This document shows positions 37,645 to 49,124 of a DNA stretch of 64,000 bases, in pieces. The notes beneath the pieces are model-generated. The model did no database searches. It had not been told where the DNA came from and saw only the letters and a program-made list of their open reading frames with translations. Made by a program: the position numbers and the translations under genes. Numbering within the stretch: position 1 is the stretch's first letter; each line of letters starts with the position of its first letter. The stretch comes from an uncultured Ignavibacteria bacterium. GTDB lineage: Bacteria > Bacteroidota > Ignavibacteria > Ignavibacteriales > Ignavibacteriaceae. The stretch spans positions 26,275 to 90,274 of the forward strand of contig CAWFHZ010000016.1 in assembly GCA_963815785.1 (NCBI GenBank), read 5' to 3'.

Positions 37645-40600
37645 ATGAAAAAGAAAACACAACAGCTAAATCCCGAACAAAAAATTTCTGAACTTCAAAA
37701 AGAGTTATTGAAAAAAACCCGCGAACTTGAAATTGAAGCCTCACTTGAAAGAGTGAGAGCCGTTGCCATGGAAATGTATAAATCAGACGACCTGCTGAAT
37801 GTAAGTGAAGTTTTGTATAAAGAACTCTACAGGTTAGGATTCAATGAGATCAGAAATGCGATGATCAATATTCATAATGATGAGAATAAAACTTTTCTTA
37901 ATTATGATTATTCCGATGAAATTGGCAGAAGCAAAACGCTTTTAAATTTTAACACACATCCCGTAATGGAAAAACAAATAAAGCAGTCACGAATTGCAAA
38001 TGATGCTTTTTCAGAAGCAGTTTACAAGGGAAAGAATTTAGAGCAATGGAAAGAGTTTAGAAGAAAATACGGAGAAAAAGAAGATCCGAGAATTGAAAAG
38101 ATAAAAGCGCTTTACTACTATTTCTATTCAATAGGTACCGGAACAATCGGCATTTCAACTTTTAGTCAAATCGATAAAGAAAAACTGGTTTTGCTCAAAA
38201 GATTCAGAAATGTTTTCAGCTTGGCTTATCGAAGATATGCAGATATAGCTTTAGCAGAAGCACAGGCAAGAGAAGCGCTAATTGAAGCTTCACTTGAAAG
38301 AGTTCGTGCTGTTGCTATGAGCATGCAGTAAGTCGGATGATCTGCTTAGCATCTGCGAAGTTTCATTCAAAGAATTTAAAAAATTAGGATTTGATAATCT
38401 CAGAAACGCTATCATTCATATTCTTAATGATGAGCAAAAATATTTTATGGATTATGATTTTTCTGATTATCTGGGCGGCGGCATTAACAAAATAAGTTAT
38501 AACTCGCACCCGATGCTCAACGAGCATCTGAAAAAACTTAAAAAGGCAAATGATGCTTTTGCAGAGGTTGTTATCGATGGTGATCAGCTGGAAAGCTGGA
38601 AAGATTTCCGGCGGAGAGGCGGACAGCAGGATGATCCGAGACTCGATGATATTCCTGCACTTTATTATTATCTCTATTCTATAGGTGTTGGGGATATAGG
38701 TATTTCAACATTTAAACAGATTGATGAATCACAAATAAAAATTCTGAAAAGATTCCGGAATGTTTTTGATCTGGCATACCGAAGGTATAAGGACATATCT
38801 CAGGCAGAAGCACAGGCGCGGGAAGCACAGATTGAATTGGCACTCGAAAGAGTCCGTGCAAGAACAATGGCTATGCACAACAGCAGCGAACTTGCAGAAA
38901 CAACCGCTGTACTTTTTCAGCAGTTTGTAGCTTTGGGAATAACTCCGAAAAGATGTTTTATCGGAATTATCGATAAGGATAAAAAAAGTGAAGATGTTTA
39001 TCTTACAAGTAACGAAGGAAAGGTAATTCCAGGCACTGAATCAGTACCAATGATGGAACAGGAATATTTGAAAAAAGTATATAATGCCTGGAACAAAAAG
39101 AAGGAACACATTTCATATAAACTGCAGGGACAACAAAGGGTCGACTGGACAACTTATATTATGAACAAAGCAAAGCTGTCTCTACCGGAATATGCATCAG
39201 ATAAATTAAACCTCGACCAATTGCAAAATGAGCCGGCAGTATTTAATTACTTTTTCTTTTCAAGCGGCCACATTGGTCTGCATACTCTCGAAGATATTTC
39301 TGAAGAGGAAATTTCTATACTGAAAAGATTTTCAGCCGTATTTGAACAAACCTACACCCGTTTCCTCGATCTGCAAAAAGCAGAAACACAGGCAAGGGAA
39401 GCTGAAATTCAACTTGCTTTAGAAAGAGTACGTGCGCGAACAATGGCTATGCATAAAAGTGATGAGCTGGCTGAAACGGCAGCTATCCTATTTCAGCAAA
39501 TGACACAGCTTGGGGTTACACCTGAACGGATAAATATCTGTCTGATTAAAGAAGAAGATAACGTCCTTGAAGTGTGGGCTACAGATCAACAAGGTGTTAA
39601 AATCAGTCATCATTTTAATACAAGTCTTGATGAGCCGACAACAGGAAAAAGAGTTTATGATGCATGGAAAGAAAAAAAGAAATCACTTATCATTGACCTG
39701 AGCGGAAAAGAACTAAGTGATTGGATCCGGTATGTGCGGGAAGTTATGGGTATGACGATTAAAGCTGAGCTGATAAGAGAACATCGGATACATAGTGTGG
39801 CTTTCTTCTCTCAAGGTATGATATTAACAACTACACCTGAACCATTACCCAAAGAGTCAATAAAATTACTGGAACGTTTTGCAGAAGTATTCAATTTAAC
39901 CTATCGTCGTTTTCTCGATCTGCAAAAAGCAGAAGCGCAGGCAAGGGAAGCACAAATTGAAGTGGCTCTTGAAAGGGTGCGCGCAAGAACCATGGCCATG
40001 CAGAAAAGTGAAGAACTCAAGGAAGTTATTCGGGTCGTTTATGAACAAATCGCTCATTTAAAAATAAATGTGGACCATGCCGGTTTTGTAGTGGATTATA
40101 CACCAAAAGGTGACTGGCATTTTTGGATTGCTGATCAGCAGGAAATACCATCTAAAATCACACATCCATACTTTGATTCAGTTTGGGCGCATCAATTTAA
40201 TGAAGCTAAAGAAAAAGGAACAGATGTTTTTACCACCAGTCTGAACTTCGAAGAAAAAAATAAATTTTACAGCGATATGTTTAAACACCTTCCAGACTTA
40301 TCTGAGGAAGCAAAGGATTTTTATTTTAGTTGCCCTGGCTTAGCCGGCTCGACAGCATTAATGCAGAATGTTTCGCTCTACATTGAGAATTTTTCAGGCA
40401 TTCCTTATTCGGATGAAGAGAATAAAATTCTGATCCGATTTGGTAAAGTTTTCCAGCAGACGTATACCCGCTTCCTCGATCTGCAGAAAGCTGAGGCACA
40501 AGCAAGAGAATCTCAGATAGAAGCAGCTTTGGAAAGAGTAAGAACTAATGCAATGGCTATGCAAAATAGTGATGATCTTGCCAAAATTGTAGAAATAGTT

Positions 40601-43486
40601 TTTACCGAACTCAGGAAAGTTGGTTTTCAAACCAGTCGTTGTGGAATAGGAATAATTGAAAGTGCCGAAACTAAAAAAGTTGATATCTGGTCTACCACAC
40701 TAGCAGATGATGAGATATCAATTCAAATCTCAGGTGATGAAATTTTAGAGGGACATGCATTATTGGACGGTATAATTGAACACTGGGTAAATCAAACAGA
40801 ATTCTCTTATGTACTTGAAGGTGATGACTTTCTGAAGTACTACCAGAGAGTTAAAAAAACAAACTTTCATTTACCAGATTACGCACAGAAAAATTTATCA
40901 AAAGATGAAAAACAGTATTACTACATGGTTCCATGTAAAGCTGGTGGTATATATGCCTTCAGCTTGGTTCCGTTTACTGATGAAGTTAAAAAAATATTGA
41001 GAAGATTTATTGAAGTCTTTCAATTAGCATATACCCGCTATGAAGACCTACAAAAAGCAGAAGCACAGGCAAGAGAAGCTAAGATAGAAGCAGCTTTAGA
41101 AAAAGTTCGTTCACGTTCATTAGCCATGCACAAGAGCAAAGACCTGGAGATAGTTATTACAGTTCTTTTACAACAATTGGAGGAAATTGGGATTCTTTTA
41201 GATACAGCCTCAATAGTTATTCCTTCAAAGGATATGAAAACATCTGTCGATTGGACCGCAAGTAAAAAATACAAGTATTCGAAGGGTTTTATCGTACCTT
41301 TCATGGAGAATGGGAAGCCGGTACTAAGTGGTGAAATAAACAGGGACATGGTTGCAGCCCTGATATCGGGGAAAGAATTTACCAAATCGTATTCTATGAA
41401 AGAAAAAAATAAATACTATCAAAATTTATTTGATAAATCCGGGTTTAGTGAAACCCCTGAAGCACGTAAAAAATTTCTTTTGAGCCTTCCTGGCATATCA
41501 GTTTCAACGGCGGGAATGTAGACCTGCAAAAAGCAGAAGCACAGGCAAGAGAAGCACAAATTGAAGCTGCCTTGGAAAGAGTTCGAAGTCGAAGTATGGG
41601 TATGCATAAAAGTAATGAGTTAAAAGATGTGGTCAGATTGCTCTACAAAGAATTTCGAATTCTTGAAACAGGTTTTGATTCTGTCAATATCCAGTTAAAC
41701 CTGGATTCTTCCAAAGATATCAATTTCTGGGCTTCGGTAGAAGAAGATGTATACCCGGAATTATATCATTTGCCGTACTCTGAGTTACCGATATTTGAAA
41801 AAATTAAAAACGCTTTTAATTCACCAGGAGAAGGATTTTTTGAGTATTCATCAAACAAAGAAGAAAAGAATGCCTTTTTCAGTGGTATATTCAAAGTCCA
41901 GCCGGTACCGCTTAAAAGAAAAAAAATAATTCAAAATGCTGAAGGAATGGTTATGATGGGATGGTTTCACAGGCATTCCGGCATTGACATCGTGCGATAC
42001 AATCTCAAACGTTTCAGTGAAGAAGAGAAGGACATAGTAAAGCGATTCGCTGCTGCATTCGAACAGACCTATATCCGCTTCACTGATCTTCAAAAAGCAG
42101 AAACACAGGCACGAGAAGCAATTAAACAGGCATCCCTGGATAGAGTGCGCGGCGAAATTGCAAGTATGCGCACTGCTGAAGATTTAAATCGCATTACACC
42201 TATTATCTGGCGTGAACTAAAAACACTCGAGGTTCCCTTTATCAGGTGCGGTGTTTTTATTATTAATGAGGAAGATGAAGTAACGCAGGTTTATTTAACC
42301 ACGCCTGATGGTAAAGCACTCGGAGTTTTGAATTTGAGATTTGATGCAAATGAACTCACCCGTAATACAGTTAAGTTCTGGAGAAAAAATGAAATCTACA
42401 GAGAGCACTGGAATAAAGAAGAGTTTTTAAACTGGACAAAATCAATGATGAAACTCGGACAGGTTCAGAATGCAGAAACTTACCAGGGTTCATCAAATCC
42501 CCCTGATTCACTTCACCTTCACTTTGTTCCATTTACACAGGGGATGTTGTACGTTGGTGATATTTCTCCTCTTACTGATGAAAAACTCGATCTTGTAAAA
42601 ACATTGGCAGAAGCTTTCTCAATTGCCTATGCACGTTACGAGGATTTTAAAAATCTTGAAGATGCAAAAAATAAAATAGAGATTACATTAAATGAATTAA
42701 AAGCCGCACAGGCACAGCTTATCCATTCAGAAAAGATGGCATCACTCGGTGAACTGACTGCAGGCATAGCTCACGAAATTAAAAATCCTTTAAACTTTGT
42801 GAACAATTTTTCAGAGATAAGCCGGGAATTATTAATGAAATAGAAGATGAATTACAGAAAAATGATAAAGAAGAAGTGCATTGATCTATTCTAAAAGATT
42901 TAAAACTAAATCTTGAAAAAATAAATCAGCACGGTAAACGAGCTGATTCGATTGTAAAAGGAATGCTTCTTCACTCAAGAGGAACTTCGGGAGAAAAAAC
43001 ATTAACGGATATAAATGATTTGCTTGATCAGTATGTTAATCTTGCCTACCACGGAATGAGAGCACAGAATAAAGAATTCAATATAACGATTGAAAAAGAT
43101 TACGACGAATCATTGGAAAAGATAAGTGTAATACCGCAGGATATCAGCAGAGTATTTTTAAACATAATTAACAATTCCTGCTATGCGGCGTATGATAAGA
43201 AAAAGAAAAACAATGATGAAAATTTCTCTCCGATATCTGAAAGTCTCAACAAAAAAACTGAATGGGAAAATTGAAGTAAGAATTGCTGATAACGGAAACG
43301 GAATTCCAAAAGATAATACTTGATAAAATATTCCAGCCTTTCTTTACAACAAAGCCATCCGGCGAAGGAACAGGTTTAGGATTATCGTTAAGTTATGATA
43401 TAGTTACGAAAGTGCACGGAGGTGAATTGAAAGTTGAAACTACTGAAGGTAAAGGAACCGAATTCATAATCATTTTGAAAAATTGA
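37645..43486 (+). pseudogene. giant sensor histidine kinase with nine tandem modules of about 185 aa; interrupted by frameshifts, a deletion and an in-frame TGA
   Basis: Track ORFs 37645..38331, 38447..41521, 41572..42843, 42963..43274 and 43283..43486 join into one reading when shifted. Modules are delimited by ..LKRF..VF...[37 protein letters not shown]. The C-terminus holds HisKA ([27 protein letters not shown]) and HATPase ([23 protein letters not shown]). Confidence 0.8.
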
Positions 43487-43495
43487 GAAACACCA

Positions 43496-46400
43496 ATGAA
43501 AAATAACTTCACAAAAATCCTTTATACTGTAGTATGTTGCGTTATAATACTTAACTCGGGGTTGGCAACTATTACCTTCGGACAACAAAGAAATTATTTG
43601 TTCGAAAATATTTCAGATTCCAGAAGGACTCTCAAATTCTAACGTGAATTATATCTTCCAGGACACAATGGCTTTCTCTGGATTTCAACTGCAGACGGAC
43701 TTAACAGATATGATGGAAATAATATAAAAGTATTTAAAAACGATCCGAATGATTCCACTACAATACCAACGAATGATTGCTATGCAATTACAGAGGATTC
43801 GGACGGATTTATCTGGGTTGGTGTTTCAAATAATATTATTGCAAAATATGATCCCAAAAATGAAACTTTTCAAAGCTATCACATTCAAACTTCAGGTGTC
43901 ACTAAAATATCATTATTTTATTCGGCACATGTTAGACTCAAAAGGAAATTTATGGTTTGGATCTTCGTATCATGGAATACAAAAATTCAACAAAGCAAAA
44001 AATAAGTTTGAACAGATGCACTCTTGAGGTAATCCAATAAAAATATTCAATGGGGAAATCTCTATGATATAACTGAATTAAAGAATGGAAGTCTACTTAG
44101 CTAGCTGATTACGCAAATGGTATAAAAATATACAATGAGAAGCTCAATTTATTTCAGCCATATTTACCTCAAAACCAATTTCAGTCCGGATCAAATTTCA
44201 AAAATCTATCAAGACATAGCCGGAAATATTTGGTTCGGAGGTAGAAATGCTACTTTAATCAAATACTCTCCCAGCTTATAATACTATTGAAAATATCGAT
44301 ATTTTTGGACCGAACAAAAATGGCAAGGGAAGCTATGACAAATAGATGGAATCGTTCAGGATGATGAAGGATATTTATGGGTAGGAATTTATTCGAGGTG
44401 AATTTCACAGAATTGATGTCAAATACAAAAAGCATTCAGAAAATACGATTACAGTAATCAACAAATTCAGATATTGCAGCAAGAATAGTTATTAAGTCAA
44501 CTAATTAAGAGACAAATATGGTAGTAGTCTGGATGGCGACATGTGGTAAAGGACTCATCAAATTTGATCCGCTTAGAGAACCGTTTAATTTTTATAAGTT
44601 TATTGCTAACCGGGGCTGCAAGTTCCAGCGCAAATTTTTCAACAGTAATAGCGGGTTTACAGCAGAGCAAAGAAATAATAGTCGGAACATCTGAAAAGGG
44701 GTTATTTACTTATGATACTGGAAAATCATAAGTCTGAATAACTTAAAATCTCAAAATTGACAAATCTAATGCTGCAGGAGGGAAAATAAATATTCAGGGT
44801 CTTGCTGTTGATAATGAGGGTAATAAATGGTTTGCATATAATAATCTTGGTCTGCACAGAATTGACAAGAATAATTTGTTAAGCACTTATCTAAATCGCC
44901 TAATGCAAATAAAACCACAAATATTATATAAACTCGATAAAGACTAGATTCATCAGGTAATATCTGGATTGCCTCAAGACAGGGATTTGAGAAATACGAA
45001 CCCGTCCCAAAATCAATATACGTTCCTACCAACGATAATGAATAAACCGATAAGAGAGGAACTAAACGCAAAAAATACATAGAATAACTGAGTCCAGAAA
45101 CCTATAGCTTCCATATTAAAAGTTGGTGAAGCCTCAAATCTGGAAAAAACATTCACCCTGAATTCAGACCAGAAAGTTTTAATAATTGGTCTAGGAGAGG
45201 GTCAAATGGATGTCGGCGTGGGTCTTTCAGATGCCGGATCATTATTAAACAAAGATGGTAAGACAATCTGGTCGATGAATGATTTATATAAAACATTTAA
45301 TGACGGGGGAGGATTTAAAAACCGGATTGCACTTGGATGTTTAAATTTGAAAAAGGGAGATTATAAAATTACATATGCAACAGATGTGGGTCACTCTTAC
45401 GGCACTTGGAATGTAACTCCACCTCCTGATTCCCTGTGGTACGGAATTCAGGTATTGAGTTTAACTGAATCCGATTATAACAGCATTAACCAAATGAATG
45501 AAAAAGAAATTAACTCCAATAAATTTATGCATACGGAAATAGGCACAAGTATTGAATTCAGTAAGCGGTACCGTAATGTTCTTTGGTTAGGTTCTACACA
45601 AAGCGGATTTTTTAAATATGATTTAACAACAGGTAATTTTAAGCAATATAATTTTGACTCCCTGAATGTTAGTTCTCTGAACAATTATATTAATTGCATT
45701 TTTGAAGATCGGGAAGGAATAGTCTGGATTGCAACAGCAAACAGTTTACTAAGATTTGATCCCTCCACTGAAAATATTAACAGATTTGATCAAAAAGACG
45801 GCCTTCCCTCCAATCAAATAAATTCGATTCTAGAAGATCTTGAAGGGAGTCTTTGGATTAACACCTCAGCAGGATTATCCAAACTGAATAAAAATGCACC
45901 TAAGGATAAATGGAATTTTGTCAACTTTGATGCTCAGGACGGGCTTCAGGGTTTCACCAGCAGTAAGGCAAACTGGATTGATAAAGACGGAGAAATATTT
46001 TTAGGAGGAATCGATGGGTTTACATATTTCTATCCCGGCAAAATTAATGAGATAAAACCGGATATAGTTATAGAGGACATAAAAGTTTCTGATATCTCAC
46101 TTAAATCAGATTCCTCTGAAATTAAGACTGATAAAAGTGTAATGAGGCTGAATGAACTTAATCTTTCATATACTCAGAATAATTTATCCTTTGAGTTTGC
46201 TTCGATCCATTATTCAAGACCTGAAAAAAATAAAATTATGTACAGACTGGAGGGTTTTGATAATCACTGGCTGTCCAATGATCGGGATTTCGCTTCATAC
46301 AATAATCTTTCTCCGGGTGAGTACACATTTATGGTTAAAGGCTCAAACGGTGATGGGATCTGGAATGAAGGTGGAAAGTCAATAAAAATTATTATCAATC

Positions 46401-47376
46401 CTCCATGGTGGAAAACCATTGTTGCATACATTAGCTACTTTTTCGTGTTTGGTTTTTTAGTTTTTGGTGTAGACAGGTTCCAGAGGAGACGTTTAATTGA
46501 AAAAGAACGAACCATTGCAAAAGAGAAAGAGCTTGAGCAGGCAAAAGAAATTGAAAAAGCCTATGACGAATTGAAGGCTACCCAGGCACAGCTTATTCAT
46601 TCAGAAAAGATGGCTTCACTCGGTGAACTAACAGCAGGTATTGCACACGAAATAAAAAATCCTTTAAACTTCTATTAATAATTTTTCTGAGATAAGTACT
46701 GAATTGCTGGATGAAATGCAGACCGAATTAAATAGCAACGACAAAAAGAGTGAGAGTGTAAAGGAGATAGTAGAAAATTTGAAACAAAACCTGGAAAAAA
46801 TTAATCTGCATGGAAAACGTGCAGATTCCATCGTGAAAGGAATGCTTCTTCACTCAAGAGGGACTTCCGGAGAAAAAACACCAACAGATATAAATGATCT
46901 GCTGGATCAATATGTAACTCTTGCTTATCACGGATTGAGGGCACAGGATAAAGAATTTAATATTACAATTCAAAAAGATTATGATAAGTCAATTGAAAAG
47001 ATAGATGTTGTTCCGCAGGATATAAGCAGGGTATTTCTCAACATAGTTAACAATGCCTGCTATGCGGCAAATGAAAAAAAGAAACAGGATAATGGTAATT
47101 TTAATCCGGTACTTAAAGTATCAACGAAAAATTTACAAAACAGTGTTGAAATCCACATAATAGATAACGGAAATGGAATACCGTTTATCAGCAAAAGAAA
47201 ATATATTTAATCCTTTTTTTACAACCAAACCAACCGGCGAAGGAACGGGTCTGGGACTTTCGCTAAGCTATGATATCGTTACAAAGATGCACGGCGGGAA
47301 TATAGCTTTTAAAACTGAAGAAGGTAAATACACAGAATTTATAATAACATTACCTAAACACAAAGAGGCAAAATGA
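43496..47376 (+). pseudogene. second sensor histidine kinase (propeller repeats / Y_Y_Y / TM / HisKA-HATPase); N-terminal 1.7 kb heavily fragmented
   Basis: It starts MKNNFTKILYTVVCCVIILNSGLA. The stretch 43.5-45.2 kb gives only short propeller-repeat fragments in all three frames (ADGLNRYDGNNIKVFKNDPNDSTTIP, GFIWVG, GNLWFGS). 45206..46678 is intact through Y_Y_Y and the TM segment. Further shifts lie near 46675 and 47190. The C-terminal kinase core is paralogous to 42.66-43.49 kb. Confidence 0.75.
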
Positions 47377-47735
47377 AGTTATTAGTAGTAGATGATGAAA
47401 GCGATGTTCAGTTTTTATTCCAGCAGAAATTCAGGAAGGAAATAAAAGCCGGTACAATTCAGATAAAATATGCTTTAAACGGAATTTCCGCTCTTGAATT
47501 GCTTGAATCAATTGAAAATAAATATGAATATTTGATTTTAACGGATATTAATATGCCCGAGATGAATGGAATAGAACTGCTCAAAAATATTAAAGCCAGG
47601 TATCCTTCTCTAAAAGTGATTATAATAACAGCTTACGGAGATGAACAGAATTTTAATATGGCAAAGCAATTGGGAGCGTATGATTATTTTACTAAGCCGC
47701 TTCAGTTTGAGCTGCTCAAAGAGAGATTAAGTTAA
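47373..47735 (+). CDS. single-domain response regulator (CheY-like receiver)
   Basis: The pattern LLVVDDE...[10 protein letters not shown]...ITAYGD...[11 protein letters not shown] identifies a receiver. Its ATGA overlaps the kinase stop. Confidence 0.85.
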   Translation: MKLLVVDDESDVQFLFQQKFRKEIKAGTIQIKYALNGISALELLESIENKYEYLILTDINMPEMNGIELLKNIKARYPSLKVIIITAYGDEQNFNMAKQLGAYDYFTKPLQFELLKERLS

Positions 47736-47761
47736 TAAATATCATTAAATGGAATTATAAA

Positions 47762-48922
47762 ATGGAATTAGCACGAATACTGGTGGTAGATGACGAACCG
47801 GATCTCCAGGAATTAATCCGTCAGAAATTCCGGAATAAAATTAAAGCAAATGAATATGAATTTCATTTTGCTGAAAACGGTGTTGAAGCGCTTGATAAAT
47901 TAACTGCCGACGGAACAATTGATCTTATTTTAACTGACATCAATATGCCGGTGATGGACGGGCTTACACTGCTTTCCAGAATAAATGAGCTTAATAATAA
48001 ATTTCTGCGTTCAGTTATTGTTTCCGCATACGGAGATATGGAAAATATTAGAACTGCCATGAACAGGGGAGCGTATGATTTCGTGACCAAACCCATTGAT
48101 TTAAAGGACCTGGAAATAACCATAGAAAAATCACTGAAGGAAATTGAAAAGTCCAAAGAAGCCTTATCGTCACACGATAAATTAATTGCACTGAAGCAGG
48201 AGCTTGAGATTGCAAAGGTAATTCAGACTTCTATTCTTCCAAAAACATTTCCTGAAAAAAAAGAATTTGAAATATTCGCAAAAATGATTCCCGCTAAAGA
48301 AGTAGGTGGTGATCTGTATGATTTTTTCATGCTGGATAAATACAGGCTTGCAGTTGTATTGGGAGATGTATCAGGCAAAGGAATTGCTGCAGCTATGCTG
48401 ATGGCGGTTAGTAAGACTTTAATTAAGGCAACTGCCTACAAAGGAATGCCCGCAGACAGTGTTTTATTTGAAGTAAATAATCTTCTTGCGGATGATAGTC
48501 CCCCGAATATGTTTGTTACAGTTTTTTACGGGGTTCTCGATACAAGAAATGGTTCATTCGAATATTCAAACGGGGGACACAACGCCCCGTTTCTGATTTC
48601 CTCTGACGGCAATATTACTCAGCTCGATAATATCGGTGGTTTACTGCTGGGAGCAATGAAAGATTCGGAATATGAATCAAATATAATAACACTGAAACCT
48701 GGTGATTATCTGGTTTTATATACTGACGGAGTGACAGAGGCATTTAATAAAGACGATGAGGAATATGAAGATGAACGTCTTATTAATTCACTACGGAATG
48801 CCGGAAAGGAAAACGCCGGTAAACTTGTAGAAAGAGTTATTGCTGATGTTCAGAAATTTTCTGAGGGAGTCGAACAGTCCGATGATATAACATGCTTAGT
48901 CTTAAAATACTTAAGCTTATAG
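47762..48922 (+). CDS. response regulator fused to a PP2C/SpoIIE-type phosphatase (RsbU-like)
   Basis: The receiver shows ILVVDDEPD, TDINMPVMDG and KP. The SpoIIE-type domain shows GGDLYDF, VLGDVSGKGIAAAMLMA, LYTDGVTEA and DDITCLVL. Confidence 0.85.
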   Translation: MELARILVVDDEPDLQELIRQKFRNKIKANEYEFHFAENGVEALDKLTADGTIDLILTDINMPVMDGLTLLSRINELNNKFLRSVIVSAYGDMENIRTAMNRGAYDFVTKPIDLKDLEITIEKSLKEIEKSKEALSSHDKLIALKQELEIAKVIQTSILPKTFPEKKEFEIFAKMIPAKEVGGDLYDFFMLDKYRLAVVLGDVSGKGIAAAMLMAVSKTLIKATAYKGMPADSVLFEVNNLLADDSPPNMFVTVFYGVLDTRNGSFEYSNGGHNAPFLISSDGNITQLDNIGGLLLGAMKDSEYESNIITLKPGDYLVLYTDGVTEAFNKDDEEYEDERLINSLRNAGKENAGKLVERVIADVQKFSEGVEQSDDITCLVLKYLSL

Positions 48923-49124
48923 AATTAATTGATTTAGCAACTGGATATTTGATAATTGTAGACTAGTCCTGAGGTAGAGTATTAATTCTGGTGAAAATCA
49001 TTCGTTCATTTCAATTTTCTGTTTTTTTGTCCCTTTATTAACTTCTGGTTTACTATCTTACTAATACATCCTGAAATTTCTTCAACTAGATTTTAATTAT
49101 TATTTATATTTATCGGAGGTAACT

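Noticed and set aside
42882-42884. In-frame TGA as evidence of an alternative genetic code or selenocysteine
   Set aside because: TGA cleanly terminates well-bounded genes here (for example the 1099-aa nuclease at 1994-1996 and paralogue 1 at 33675-33677). I saw no SECIS-like hairpin. A nonsense mutation in an already frameshifted gene is the simpler reading.
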